Shown here piece after piece: positions 9,144 through 21,178 of a stretch of DNA of 62,092 bases; within the stretch, counting starts at the first letter, position 1, and each line of letters opens with the position of its first letter. This DNA is from Folioceros fuciformis. Its lineage: Eukaryota. The notes below the pieces were generated by a model, which saw only the letters and a list, made by a program, of their open reading frames with translations, was not told where the DNA came from and ran no database searches. A program made the position numbers and the translations under genes. The stretch lies in contig JBNGIO010004818.1 of assembly GCA_049999805.1 (NCBI GenBank), forward strand, positions 1 through 62,092, read 5' to 3'.

Positions 9144-12100
9144 TCATCTGAAGTATTTCATGTAATCATTCAGGCCTAGCCCTACAAGGTGTTGGTAATG
9201 TTTGTGCTTTGCCAGTCCTTTTGTCAACACATCTACGACATTTGAATCTGTATGCACATAACTCACTTTTACAACTCCGTGCTCCACCACATCTCGAATA
9301 TAGTGGTGTTGTATTTCTATGTGCTTAGTGTGGGCGTGGAAGCGTGGGTTAGCAACAAGGGCCAAGGCTTACATGTTATCACACATGATAGGGGTAGGTG
9401 CTTGTTGGGTCTGGTTGAGATCATGGAGGAAAGTTCTTTCCCATTCAGCCTCCTTTGAAGCATCTGTCAATGATTTATATTCTGTTTCTATGGATGACAG
9501 GGCTATAGAAGATTGCTTCTTGCACGACTAGTTCACGACAGCGGATGCCAACAGGAAGACGTATGTGAAGAGACTTTTCCTGGAATCACTGTTCGACGCC
9601 CAGTCAGCATCTGTAAACCCCCTGAGGGTAAGTTTCAGTTGTCCAGTCCTTCGATAGAAAAGACCATACTTGTGGGTTCCTTTGAGGTAGCGGAAAATGC
9701 GCTTGACAACGCATTTCCTAAACCCTAAACCCTAAACCCTAGATCGGGGGCACTGAAGACTGGTAAGCTTCACACCCATAGCATAAGGGGTAGTTGTCGG
9801 TCTGGCTTCATCAAGTTTAAACTTTCGCAAGATATCGCTGATGTATTTGTGCTGGTGAACTATCAGCAAACCCTCCTCTCTTACTCTTAAAATCTGTACT
9901 CCCAAACAGTATTTAAGTTCTCCAATGTCTTTCATCTCGAACTTAGTGCTGAGTTTTTGCTTAACCTCAGCTAATAGGGCATTACTGTTTGTGACGAGGA
10001 TAACATCATCAACATATAAGGCAAGTATGACGAAGATGCTTCCTTGGCTGAGTCGGTAGACATTGGAGTCTGCTGCGCTTTGAACGAAAGAGAGGCTCAG
10101 TAGGTAAATATGCATGGTGATATACCATACTCGGCCGCTTTGTTTTAACCCATATATGCATTTAAGCAGTTTAAGTACTTTAGTGGGTTGTTCAGGATCT
10201 TCATATCCTTCAGGTTGTGCCATGTATAGATCTTCATCCAGGTCTCCATAGAGGTAAGCAGTGCATACGTCCATTTGTTGTAGGTCGAGGTCCATTTCTG
10301 CTGCAAGTGTCAGCAGGATGCGAATGGACTATGCTCGAACGACAAGTGAGAATGTTTCCTGGTAATGCAGGCCCTCAACCTGGGTGCAGCCTCTTGCCAT
10401 CAACCTAGCTTTGTATCAGGCAATCTCCCCTTTAGCATTTAGTTTAGGTTTAAAAACCCACTTACAGGAGATGGCTTTGCGTCTTGGTGGGAGGTCAGCG
10501 ATTTGCCAGGTCTTGTTCTTGAGTAGAGATTGGTATTCTTCCTCCACTACTGCATGCCACTTAGAACAATCCGGGCCTCGAAGGGCTTTCTTGTAGGATG
10601 AGGGTTCCTCAGTAGGAAGTATGTTTTGAGTCACACCAAAGACTGCTGAAGAAGTGCGAAAATCGACTGACTGGTAATAAGGTTCTAACCACTAGTCTGG
10701 GGGTGGTCTATGGCGTATGGAACGTCTTAGGGTTGGTTCTGGAGCAGGGTCAGGTTCAAGGTGCTATTCAGGGTCAGGTACAGTGCCGTCCTCATCAGCC
10801 GAGTGTGCATTGTCATTTGCAGGGAGGTCTTCTACTGGTTCACCCGTGTCAACTGTAGGGTGAGGGTCAAGAACAGGAGGGACCTCGACAGTACCATCTA
10901 CTTCCTTAAGTAAGGAGTTGGAGAGGTCCTCTTCCTCATCTGTAGGGAAGGTGATAGTAGCAGGATTGTCCTCTTCAGCTACTCCCTCTGAAGAGTTGGG
11001 AGCTGTAAGGTTGGAAGTAATTTGGTGCAGGGGCTCTATAAAGGTGACACTGTGTGCAAGGACCACTGCTCGGGTGTTGGGGTTATAAAGTTTGTACGCC
11101 TTCATATGTTCGCTGTATCCCACAAAAAGGAGACTCTGAGCTCGGTCTTCTAACTTCTTTCGTTTTTCTGCAGGAATATAGGAGAAGGCCTTTGATCCAA
11201 ATACTTGGAGATGTAGTAAGCTCGGTTTCTTATGCCATAATACCTCATACGAGGTCATGCCTTGTTCTTGGAGATAGTTGTCAAATGCATTATTGATGAA
11301 CTTTGTCCCATTGTCACTGCGTAGAACTTTAAGGAGGCATCTAGATTGTCATTGCGCAATCGAAAGCCACTGCTTGAAGTGCATAAGGTTATCACTTTTC
11401 AGTTGCATAGGTATAGTCCAAGAATACCGACTGAAGTCGTCTGTACGGGTTAAGTAGTACAAGGCTCCACCCAAAGATGGCTCATGGATCTTGCCTGGGA
11501 TATTAGCATGTACGAGAGCAAGGACAACCTTTGCTCTGTGTGCAGCTTTGGGGAATGGTAGCTCCTTCTGTTTGGCGAGGATGCACGATTCACAGATGGG
11601 AAGGTCCCTAAAGCAAGCTCGTAGGGGTTCTCTGTGACAACCTATCCGTGCCATGTCAATGAGTTTGTGTCTGTTAGCATGACCTAGACGTGCGTGCCAC
11701 AGGGATGCTAACCTTGTTGTCTTCATATTGACAGAAAAGGAGGAGTGACTTACAGGGTGAGGAGAACACCTTAGTTCTAGCCTGTACAAGTCATGGTCGA
11801 GGACGCCTCTAAATGCACATGCACCGGAAGAACCCTTCGTGTAAAAGCAGCTAGCATCATCAGCGACCCGTATCTCATACGTCCGAAGCTGCATGATCTT
11901 GCTCATTGACAGAAGATTCTTGGCCATCTCAGGTACAAATAGAACTCCAGCAACCTTCATAACTATGTTGTCGTCGAGAATAACGGTACATTCCCCATGT
12001 GCTTCAACTTGGAGGTTAGTGTCAGTCCTCTCATCACCAAGCATGACTTTATCCTCCATTCGACACACTGTCAAACAGGAGAATAAATCTTTATTGTTAC

Positions 12101-13202
12101 AGATATGTGTAGTGGCTCCTGAGTCTAGGAACCAGTCATCTCTGCCATGCGATGAGGTCCTCAGATAAACTGTGAGTATCTTTACTGTAGCCTTAGAGTT
12201 TTCACCTTTCTCCTTGACAACAACATTCGCTAACGATCTTGTGGGCTGTGATCGTTGTGATTCGCCACCTTTCTTTTTGCATCATTCACATGCCCAATGT
12301 CCAGCGGCACCACACCAGTTACAATTCTCTGTCCGCTTGGGTGCTGCTGGGGGGAATGGTGCACCATCAGCTCGACCACTTGGTGCTCTACCCTTCGATT
12401 TCTTAAACCGAGCGGTAAGCACTTTGTCAGCTTTACTTCTAGGTCCACTAGTTGCGAATAGGCGCTCTTGCTCTTCCTGGAAAAGAGCACCAATAACTTC
12501 TTCGAGTTTAATGGTGACAAGAGTACCAGTAGAGGATGCCTGGTGAGCAGTCCGGATGGGTCCATTTTGTGTGGAGATAAAGTTTTGATAGGAGGGAGGG
12601 AGGCTGCTCAACAGTTGAGCAACAGCCTCTACCTCGTCCATCTTGCAACCAAGGGCAACTATTTGAGCTTGTAGGTGGCGGAACTTGGTGACATGAGATG
12701 CCACCTTGTCTCCCTCCCTCATACGCAGCCCATAGAACTCCTGCCTGGCTGCACACACGGTAAGAATATTCTGTACCCCATATGTGGCTGCAAGTTGGTC
12801 CCAGATCTCGGAAGCACTGGTAAGATACTCGACATCAGGTGTGAGGTCAGTATCCAGGCCTCCAATGAGTAGGGCAAGTGTTATTGAGTTTAGTTGATCC
12901 CATTTTTGGATGTCACAGTCTGACGGGGGAGGCAGTGAGTTGGGGTCAGGTTTATTGAATGTAGCATCAACCACGCTCCATACACCTCACGCTACAAGAG
13001 TGGACTTCATTCGGACTTTCCAAACTTGGTAACGTGTTCCATTAAATCGGTCCTTTTCCTTGAGCTCAGAAGTGAAGGATGGTCCTCCAAGACTAGGTGG
13101 CAGTCCAAAGCTAGAAGCCATTGGCAAAGTGGTGTTTTGCCCGGACTGTAAGTTGAGATGACCAAATTGTTTTGCAAGTTGATCTGGAGATGCTAGGTTC
13201 AT
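9144..13202 (-). mobile_element. Decayed near-full Ty1/copia polyprotein (gag-PR-IN-RT-RNase H) with internal deletions
   Basis: gag FNGTRYQVWKVRM and CNWCGAAGHWAC; protease WFLDSGATTHIC; WHARLGH/CESC; DDFSRY; RT MDVCTAYLYG and LYVDD; RNase H HTKHIEIQHHYIRD...VLTKGL. Confidence 0.92.
9717..9741. repeat. Interstitial telomeric repeat (CCCTAAA)x3.5 inside copia pol
   Basis: cctaaaccctaaaccctaaacccta. Confidence 0.95.
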
Positions 13203-13553
13203 GCGTAAAGTGGCCTTCCTGGAGTTATGACTCGTAAAAAGGAGACACTAAACACAACGATGCAACGTTCGTAAGTTTTCTTGCAAGACTTCTAATACTT
13301 GGTTTGCAGGGAGGGAGGTGTTGGGTTTATGCCAGGATACATAGGGGAACCTGGAGCTATCCGTTTGTCCTGATACAAACTCAACACTAATCCATCCTGG
13401 CAAAGCAAGGATTAGAGGCCAAGGGCTCAGCAATCCCAATCGACCGAAGGAACATATGAAGGTAATCTAGATGCTTCGCTATGCAGCTGAATCATTAATT
13501 TTTGAAATAGACTCTTAATAAAAAAACCCTAACTAAACCGTCGCTTATCCAAG

Positions 13554-14035
13554 TCATATGAAAAGGTGCGACTGGTGGATTCTCCATTCTGAGGTCCTGA
13601 GATGCGAAGAGTTGTTGGCTCCCCTGCTTGATGACTGCTTGAGTGACATGGTAGATGTCGGGCGACGCTTCATCAAGGCGGGTGGCAGTTCATTCTCCTC
13701 AAAGTCTGCATCCTTATTGCCCATGGAGTATGTATACCACCCCTTAGCGTCTAGGGTAAGTTGCTGCATTAAAACCTGTTGAACCTTCTCCTCTAGTCCC
13801 TCTTGCAACCATGAAAAAATGAGCCTAAAATGTCTAGCCACTAACCCAAATTCTTACTTGACCTGTGCCACCTCTTTCCAACAGGCCTTTGATTCGTTCC
13901 ATAAGTGACCAAGTTGGCTAACTCCTTTCCGACAAGCCAGACCAAAGATTTGTGACCTATACACCATGGCCCTAAATTCTTGAGCCAGAAGACTTGAGAA
14001 TCCTTGCATAGGTAATCCAAGAACATCATCAACAT
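13554..14035 (-). mobile_element. Possible degenerate gag-like retroelement fragment
   Basis: ARHFRLIFSWLQEGLEEKVQQVLMQQLTLDAKGWY loosely resembles retrotransposon gag helices, and it lies in the TE nest. Confidence 0.25.
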
Positions 14036-14081
14036 GTATGGAGTTACCTGCGATAATGTATCACTTGACTTCTAAGTAGCT

Positions 14082-15371
14082 ACCGAATAGTACCTGGAAC
14101 TGGATAGCGCTATTTGGTTTTCAGGTACAGCTGACCATGAAAACCTTCGAACGTTCAAGGTCATGTCGCCCGAAGGGCTTTTGGAAAGTCAGGGCAGGAA
14201 CGATGGTGATGTTCGAAGAGGGGAACTACGTGCCATCACGATCCTCTCTAAGTCTGGTCGTGCAGGGCGGTGGTTCACTCAACTTGAAGGCCCTTGTGGA
14301 CAACCAACCTCGGACAAACCAGTTGTCCGATGTTGGTTCCGACTTGCGGAGAATTGGAATTTGGCATTAAGACCAGATCTCTACAAATGGCCCAGGCGCC
14401 CAAGATGCATGGCGGACAGCCTTCGGTCGTTCTTCAACTTCCCAACGGCCGACATATTCCTTTAGCTGGTGCGAGCACAGAAAATCAGACAAAGGCAACC
14501 CATGGCTCCCTAGCTACAGTTGTTTGTGCGGCAACAAAAGGAAGCTATCAAGCTACTTTGGAAGTTAGACGAAATTCCCCCAAAGGTTAGGACGACGGTT
14601 TGGTGTTTTTTTCAAGCTTGTTTGCCTAATGCGGATAGATGGGATGGGTTGTTGGTTGCTACGGGAGAAGACCAGTGTCGACTATGCTCCTCGGGTGCTC
14701 CCAACAAAAGTCAGCACATGTTCTTCTACTGCAGCTTTGCCCAGGAGATATGGAGTGAAGTGGGCAAGTGGTTGCACAGAATTCTTCCAAGCACCAACCT
14801 TAGGATCACGAAACAAACTGCCTTCTTTGGGTTGGGTGCAACCTCGGGCAAAGCTCTACTTCCGTCTCAATGGTGGGGGTTACTGTGGTCTTCTTGTCTT
14901 TTTCACCTTTGGGTCAAACTGGTCTTCCATGGTCTATGGTGGTTCGGTGTCAGTCTCATCTAAAGCTTTGCTTTGGTGCATCTGGGAGCACTTATTGATT
15001 GCAGCAGAAGGTCTGAGGCAGTCCCATTGGAAACGATTCAAGCGGAGGGAGTGGAAGTTGGCGGGTTTCCTAGTTCCTAGAAATGAGGAACATTGGAACC
15101 ACACCTGCCCTTGGGGTCGGTGAACTCCCATGGTCTTCAGGTAAAGTGGAGGTTTAAAGCTAAATGGATTTAGCAGGTGAATAGTCTTAGCAGTCTCCTA
15201 GGGTCAGGATGATGAGGAGTGTTTTCTACGTCCTGTCTTGTGGTCTGGGCACGAGGTCGGTTTTTTCCTCCTGGTCATGATACTCATGCTTTGTAAATAC
15301 ATGAGCAGGGTCCCCTTAGTATTGTAAGAGGATGATCATTTAATCAGAATTATTTTCTTCAAGAAAAAAAA
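14082..15371 (+). mobile_element. L1 LINE 3' fragment (zf-RVT region, 3' UTR, poly(A))
   Basis: LWKLDEIPPKVRTTVW...CRLC...HMFFYCSFAQEIW is the zf-RVT/CCHC motif. Ends TTCTTCAAGAAAAAAAA. 5' boundary approximate. Confidence 0.85.
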
Positions 15372-15905
15372 TCCCACAAAGAATATTCTACAGGCTCAAA
15401 CAGAAAAGAAAGGTCATACACTTCATCCTCTGATTCCGAGTGTGAAACATTTTGCAAAAGTTTGAGTAATGTCTTCTCTCAGTGAGAAGGGCTCGCACCA
15501 CTCAAAGTACCGTAAGTTGAAGAGTCTTTGTCCATGAAATTGCTACAAAGAATGTCAAGAATAATCAGGCCTCCAGACAATTGCTTAATCAAGTCAGCTC
15601 AAGCCTTCGCGCGTTGCTGGAGTGAAAAAAGTTGGAGACAAGGCTGGGTTGTCTCGTCCTCTTGCGTGTTGGTCCTGTCAATGTTTGCAGCCTTTTGCAC
15701 CTTCAGAAATTTCTTTGCTTGTTCAACAATTGCTCCTGTAAGGGAATTATCGTTGAGCAAGGTGGTGGCTTTCTCACACTTGTGAGGTTGTGGTGAGGAG
15801 TTGATGCAAGCCTTTTCTCTTCGTCATTTTGATTCAAATTGAAATGATTGGATGATGCCGCTCACTTGTCCATAGCACATTCCTACAATCAACATCTAAA
15901 CCCAG

Positions 15906-16103
15906 GCTCTGATACCATAAAGTGAGATGAAACTTGCACGATGAAGATCGTAGATAGTAGCCAAAGATCACGAGACAGGGGAAAAATTGAGAGTCCATCG
16001 AAAACAATTTTTTCGTTCAGTTACCAAAAACGTATCTGCTACTTCTTAAATAGGTTAAGTACCCTAACCGTTCTAACCACAAATGCTAACTACTGTAACT
16101 CTA
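15906..16103 (-). mobile_element. tRNA-Met PBS plus candidate 5' LTR (15918-16103) with TA termini, belonging to a truncated LTR element
   Basis: TGGTATCAGAGC on the minus strand at 15906-15917, preceded by ...CACTTTA instead of ...CA. The other end is TAGAGT at 16103. Confidence 0.6.
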
Positions 16104-16225
16104 TCAGAAACAACAATTAGATGTTGTAGCCCAAGATGATGCTAGATATCATTTGGCACTAAGATCGTGCAGGAGCTTCACTAGGCTAGCAAGAAGTGGT
16201 TGCAAAAAGTAGATGCTACTTGTTG

Positions 16226-16388
16226 CGTTGCTCCTCGAGCTTCTTGTCATTTGTTAATCTACTCTCGAGCTTCTTGTCATTTGTTAATCCACTCCCAAAT
16301 CCTGCTAATTGTTGCTTTGCTCCTAGAGCTTCTTGTCATTTGTTACTCTACTCCCAAATCTTGCCACTTATTGCTTTGCTCCCAACTC
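16226..16388. repeat. Imperfect tandem repeat (core GAGCTTCTTGTCATTTGTTA x3)
   Basis: Core repeated at ~16237, 16267 and 16326 with shared CTCCCAAATC/TTGCTTTGCTCC flanks. Confidence 0.8.
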
Positions 16389-17428
16389 TAGCCATGCCTC
16401 CATCACTACGCCTACCACCTCTTGCTCATGCCTATTTCACCACCAAAAACCTCTCTACTCAAACAAATGACTTCCAATTTGGATAAACCCAAGTTCAAAT
16501 GATTAACATGATTAGTGATCTAATTACATGTTTTCTTAATTTAACTTTAGGATTTATCCAAATTATCTAAATTTAATATTAATCAAATTATTATCCAATA
16601 ACATGTATTTTTGACCTACTTTGAGAGTTTGTGATGGTTCTTTAAATATAACACCTCCTTCAATATAACATTTTGGAATACAAGAGAAACAAAATAAAGA
16701 TGCGAATGGAAAGATAATGTATGAAACTACGAATCAACTATAGGGTTTATATGTTATCAAAGTAAGATTAGTGCCCGATATTATTAGTTTAATACCAAGC
16801 CTTTCTCCTAAGGTGGCAAGACACTACCACTAGGCTAGACTTTCCATCTCTTTTTTAATAATAAAAAATATCTGTAATTGGTTTGACCTAAAGTAGCTCT
16901 ATGGTTCTCAAAGATATCTTGTCAATCACGTTGATAATACTATTCTTTCTAATAATTAGTTTTTGAAAAATATATTAATTTAAAATAAATAAATGATCAT
17001 TTAGGAGGCTGGACAAACCATGTTTGAGCCCCTCATTATTCCTCTAGACCCCATAGCTTTTGCCCCATGGGAGAGCTGAGGATGTTTTTTTCATTTTTTA
17101 TAAAGCTCCCAATTAGCTTTGGAAAATATTTAATAATCTTCTCCGTACAGTACTTATTCCTGTCTTGGACCGATGAAAATCCGTGACTCTTCGAATCCTT
17201 CCCAAAAGAACTCCTGACGGAGGAGCTCAGGAGTCCGGAGCACTTATACAAGAATTCAAAACCGTTTTCTGGAGCCGCTCGGAAATCGGGCTTGCTGTAC
17301 AAGGGCTCCATCTTAAGAGACTGACTGGCAGCTCCCCAATATCTCTCCATCATGGTTAAAGCGGGGTTTTACGGATTCCCGAGCAAAGCCGGAGGGTTCG
17401 AACGTCCCAGGTGGTTGGTCATGTAGGT

Positions 17429-19092
17429 ATGAATGTCGGGAACGAATCAGATGGTGCCAGCTCGCAGGACTACGACCAGCAGCCAATGAGCAGTCCGAGA
17501 ACAGCAAACGGGGGGACAGCACGACTGAGGAACGGTGGTTTGTCCGCGCGGACTGTCCAACCATCGATACCATCAGGTGGTGGGGAAGCGAGAAGGAGAG
17601 CTTTTATAGACGCGAGGGGAAATTTGCATCAGACGGCTCCAGCCGACAGGAGTGAACGATCCGGCATTCTGGCCGAGGGTACGCAGCTGAGGCCGCGGGG
17701 GCAGCAGGTACTTCCACCGACCCCCACGGCCCCTGCCAGATCTGCCACGCAGCCACCGCGGAGAAGGAGTCGTGCCCAGTCGAAGAAGGCTCCTGCTCTT
17801 TGGAGTTCACGCTTGTTGCTATTATCGCTGTTAGGGATGGCATTCTCGACGGTAGTGATGGTGCTATGTATTATGTTGGGAGGAACCACACCTTTCCAAG
17901 ATTCTCCGACCTCCACAGTGGTTGAGGCTGCGCCTGAGGGATCAGAGGTCGGTGTTAGTCTGTCGTGAATTGGCTTGTAGGGTTAGGTTTGCGTGTTCGC
18001 TCTCGACGCAGGAATGAGAATTTTGATTTTGTTGCCAATTTGTGTTCCAGGTTACTCACGGCAGCGTGATCAAGCTGATGCATGACAAAACCAAGTTTCG
18101 GTTGCACTCCCATGATGTGCCCTACGGAACGGGGAGCGGGCAGCAATCTGTCACTGGGTTTCCTGGCGTGGAGGATGCTAACAGCTACTGGGTGAGGCTT
18201 GCGAGTGCTTGTGAGCGATGTCCATGAGAGTTTGTAAGTTACAGGATGAGCTGCTCGGAGTATTTATTGTGAAGTCAGAACTGAGCGGGCTTGTCTTTCT
18301 CTCCAGGTGGTGCACCTTGTAGGTCATGAACCTCGGCAGGGAGAGCCGATTCCGGATGGTGCAACAGTGCGGTTACAACACGTTCGGACGAGGAAATGGC
18401 TGCACAGCCACCTTCACCAATCTCCCATCTCTGGGAATTTGGAGGTAAACCGTCTGGCACATCCTACCGCATTTTAGGTCATGACTCATTGTCGGTCCGG
18501 TCGTTCTTTTGCTTGGGGTTTCACTTCGTGACCACCACATTGCAGGTCAGTTGCTTTGGAGGAGATGGTCAAAGTGACACCGGAGATAATTGGAGGTATT
18601 TCTTGTCCCGTTATTCTCAGAGGAACGTGCTGCCTGATGGTCTTGCATTTATTCATAAGTCTGTGCTACGCTATCGTGTTGATTGGGATGCAGCTGTCCA
18701 GCTAGAGCAATTTCACTGTGTGTATCTTGACCTGTTGGTATGGAGAAGACTTATTTTATTCGATTATCCTGCCAGGCTTGAAATTGAAGGCAAGGGAGAC
18801 GTGTGGCTCAGGGATCAAAAGGTCCGGCTGCAGCATGTAGATACTGGTGGATATTTGCACAGCCACGATAAGAAGTACAGTCGCATTGTTGCTGGTCAGC
18901 AAGAAGTATGTCTCACGTGCTACTATTGCTGGATTACTCCTCTCGTATAACAGCCTTGATGATGCACTTGCTTACGTGTAGGTATTTCTCTCTGTTTTGC
19001 AGGTGTGTGGGGTGATGAAGAAGACATCCCAAAGCATCTGGGTCGCAGCAGAGGGTATCTATTTTCCATCTAGCCGGAAAGCCTCAGAATGA
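17429..19092 (+). CDS. SDF2: Stromal cell-derived factor 2-like ER protein (3 MIR domains), 6 exons; alternative start at 17837
   Basis: Exons 17429/17837-17947, 18051-18191, 18307-18444, 18546-18595, 18776-18905, 19003-19092, all GT-AG. Motifs VTHGSVIKL..RLHSHDVPYGTGSGQQSVTG, WLHSHLHQSPISGNLEVS, YLHSHDKKY..GQQEVCG. Confidence 0.93.
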
Positions 19093-20884
19093 TGGCCATT
19101 TGAAACAGGCTCACAATTAGCCCTATTTCTGTTTCCGTGGGGGAGTTCCACAAATTTGTTTGTGTATAACAACACTGGCACTCAACACAGTACAGGACCT
19201 CTTCGCATGCGAAGTCCGCGGAGGTCTCTTTCGGCTCCCAGCGAGCAGCTGACAACAACGGTTGAAGTTTTTTCCCGTGTTATGGTTGTTGGTTGGAGAG
19301 GAGCCTGGTTAGGATGAGAAATTTTGTCCTGTACCTCGTGGGTGAGGGTTTATTACAGGAGTGGCTCACAGGAAGGCTGAGGTTGAAATGGCTTGATGAG
19401 GTGCCCGTCTCCCATTGTCTTCCAGGAAGGCCGAGCTTGAAAAGGCTTGAGTATTGACTTCCAGGCCACTTTTTTGTTGATTGAAAACCCACCATAGGAA
19501 GCCGTTGAAGTGCTGCGCTTGGTGACGTGCCCAGTAGCAAAGTGTCTCACAACAGGAGTTTCCTCAGGCCGCTTCCCGGATGTGCAAGGTTTTCCACACC
19601 GTGAGTTCCAGCTCTGCCCGTTTGAATGGCCTACATTAAAAAAAAGGTCAGTTCGCAGTGGGTGCAAGTTGCCACTGCGCAACCACCGCACAATCGTTCC
19701 CGCCCATGAGTCAACACCAAACGAAGGTATACACATTGACTAGATTAGCGTATACACATCCATCTCCTGAGCCCAGTGTAAAAGGAGGGCCGTTTAGGGG
19801 GTAGAAGATGAAATCCTCTACACTGTGATCCGGCTCTGTCCAGCTTGTCATGTCGCATAGTGATCACACCCACTGCTGCAGAGCGAGCTGTCATTTCAGG
19901 AGGGTTGACGTGCAACACTCCGCAAGCCTCTGCACACATAGCCTACCAGAATTTATCCGAGCGGAAGATGACAAGAATTAAAGATGTGAACAGAGATCTG
20001 CATCTAAGGATGGTCACTCGCAGGACTGGGAGTGCCAGGAGGCAAAGGCTTCGACATCCAGCATGCAACGAAGCTGTACCGTCAGTGCACTGAGCTGAGC
20101 GTATCTGTGGAGATCACAGAGCAGTACATCTCTGAGTCCAATTTGAAGCCCAGGGTCCCGTTCCCGAACCCCAACCTCCTGTCACACGACGTTGCCAATT
20201 GGGTTGCTCTGCACAAGCTGGCACGCAACGAGGACGCGACAAGGGTCCGTGCAGGAATGCATACATTTTATCTTTCAAGGTTCGATTCGGGAGTAGCAGC
20301 GTTCCTACCATTCACCCAAAAACACAGATGACCCCACCACCCGGGCAGCCTCCTCCTGGCAGTTTCATTACCGTATACCTACTCCAGGTATGTGATAATC
20401 CGTATGTGGAGAAAGCCATCACAAGCAAGTTTCTTCTACCGTAAACGTGCCCCTATGGTTCCGTAATCCGAACGGGATTTATGTAAAAGGGAGTAACTTT
20501 CACCATTTTCAATAACTGTCATTCCCGTTTACCAAATCAATTTTAAATTCCGGGCCTTCCCGGCTTGCTTAAACCCGCTTAAATACGGTCCGCGCCTCCT
20601 CCCGCCCACGTCACCACGTCACCACGCACCATAATCCCTGCCGCCCGCGGGATCACACACCCCTGAATCGAAGTGATTGTGTAGGAACGCTCATTACCTC
20701 CAGCAGATGCAAGTGCAAAAAAACGGGTCATCAATTTCTGCATGCAGGGCGTGCCCAAAGGATGTAGACGGTCCAGCAATGGAAATGATGCAACCCGTGC
20801 GTCCCACTGGAGACCGACACCTTCACCTTGTAGCAAAAACAAGGAAGTTTGCGGCCCGTGCTACTGGCTGCTTCTCCATTGAGC

Positions 20885-21178
20885 AGGTTCCCCCCTTCTC
20901 GGTTCATTCCGGAGGCTCCCCTTCTCCGCATTCTACAGGTTCCCCTCCTCCCCTTCGTTGTGCAGTTCCCCCTTTCTCTAGTTCATTGAGAAAGTTCCCT
21001 TTTCTTCCATTCATGCAAGTTCCCCCTTTCTTTAGTTCATTGAGCAAGTTCCCTTTCTCCCATTCATGCAAGTTCCCCGTTTCTCTAGCTCATTGTGCAA
21101 GTTCTTCCTTTCTCCAAAGTTCCCCCCTTTCTCTAGTTCATTGTGTAAATTCTCCCTTTCTCCAATGTTCCCTTCCTC
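20885..21178. repeat. Degenerate pyrimidine-rich tandem repeat (~53-bp dimeric unit with AAGTTCCCC...TTCATT core)
   Basis: Repeated gttccccctttctctagttcattg / aagttcccttttcttccattcatgc units. Confidence 0.75.

Noticed and set aside
13441-13545. Possible 5' LTR partner of 4972-5117
   Set aside because: Only short scattered matches (GAACA, GACTCT, ACCCTAACTA), no TG/CA ends and no PBS.
18596-18775. Stop-free in-frame introns (SDF2 intron 4; also GAPB 51501-51605 and several in the BEACH and PDR genes) read through by the ORF track
   Set aside because: Short introns are often stop-free by chance; they have canonical GT-AG ends and interrupt conserved domains.
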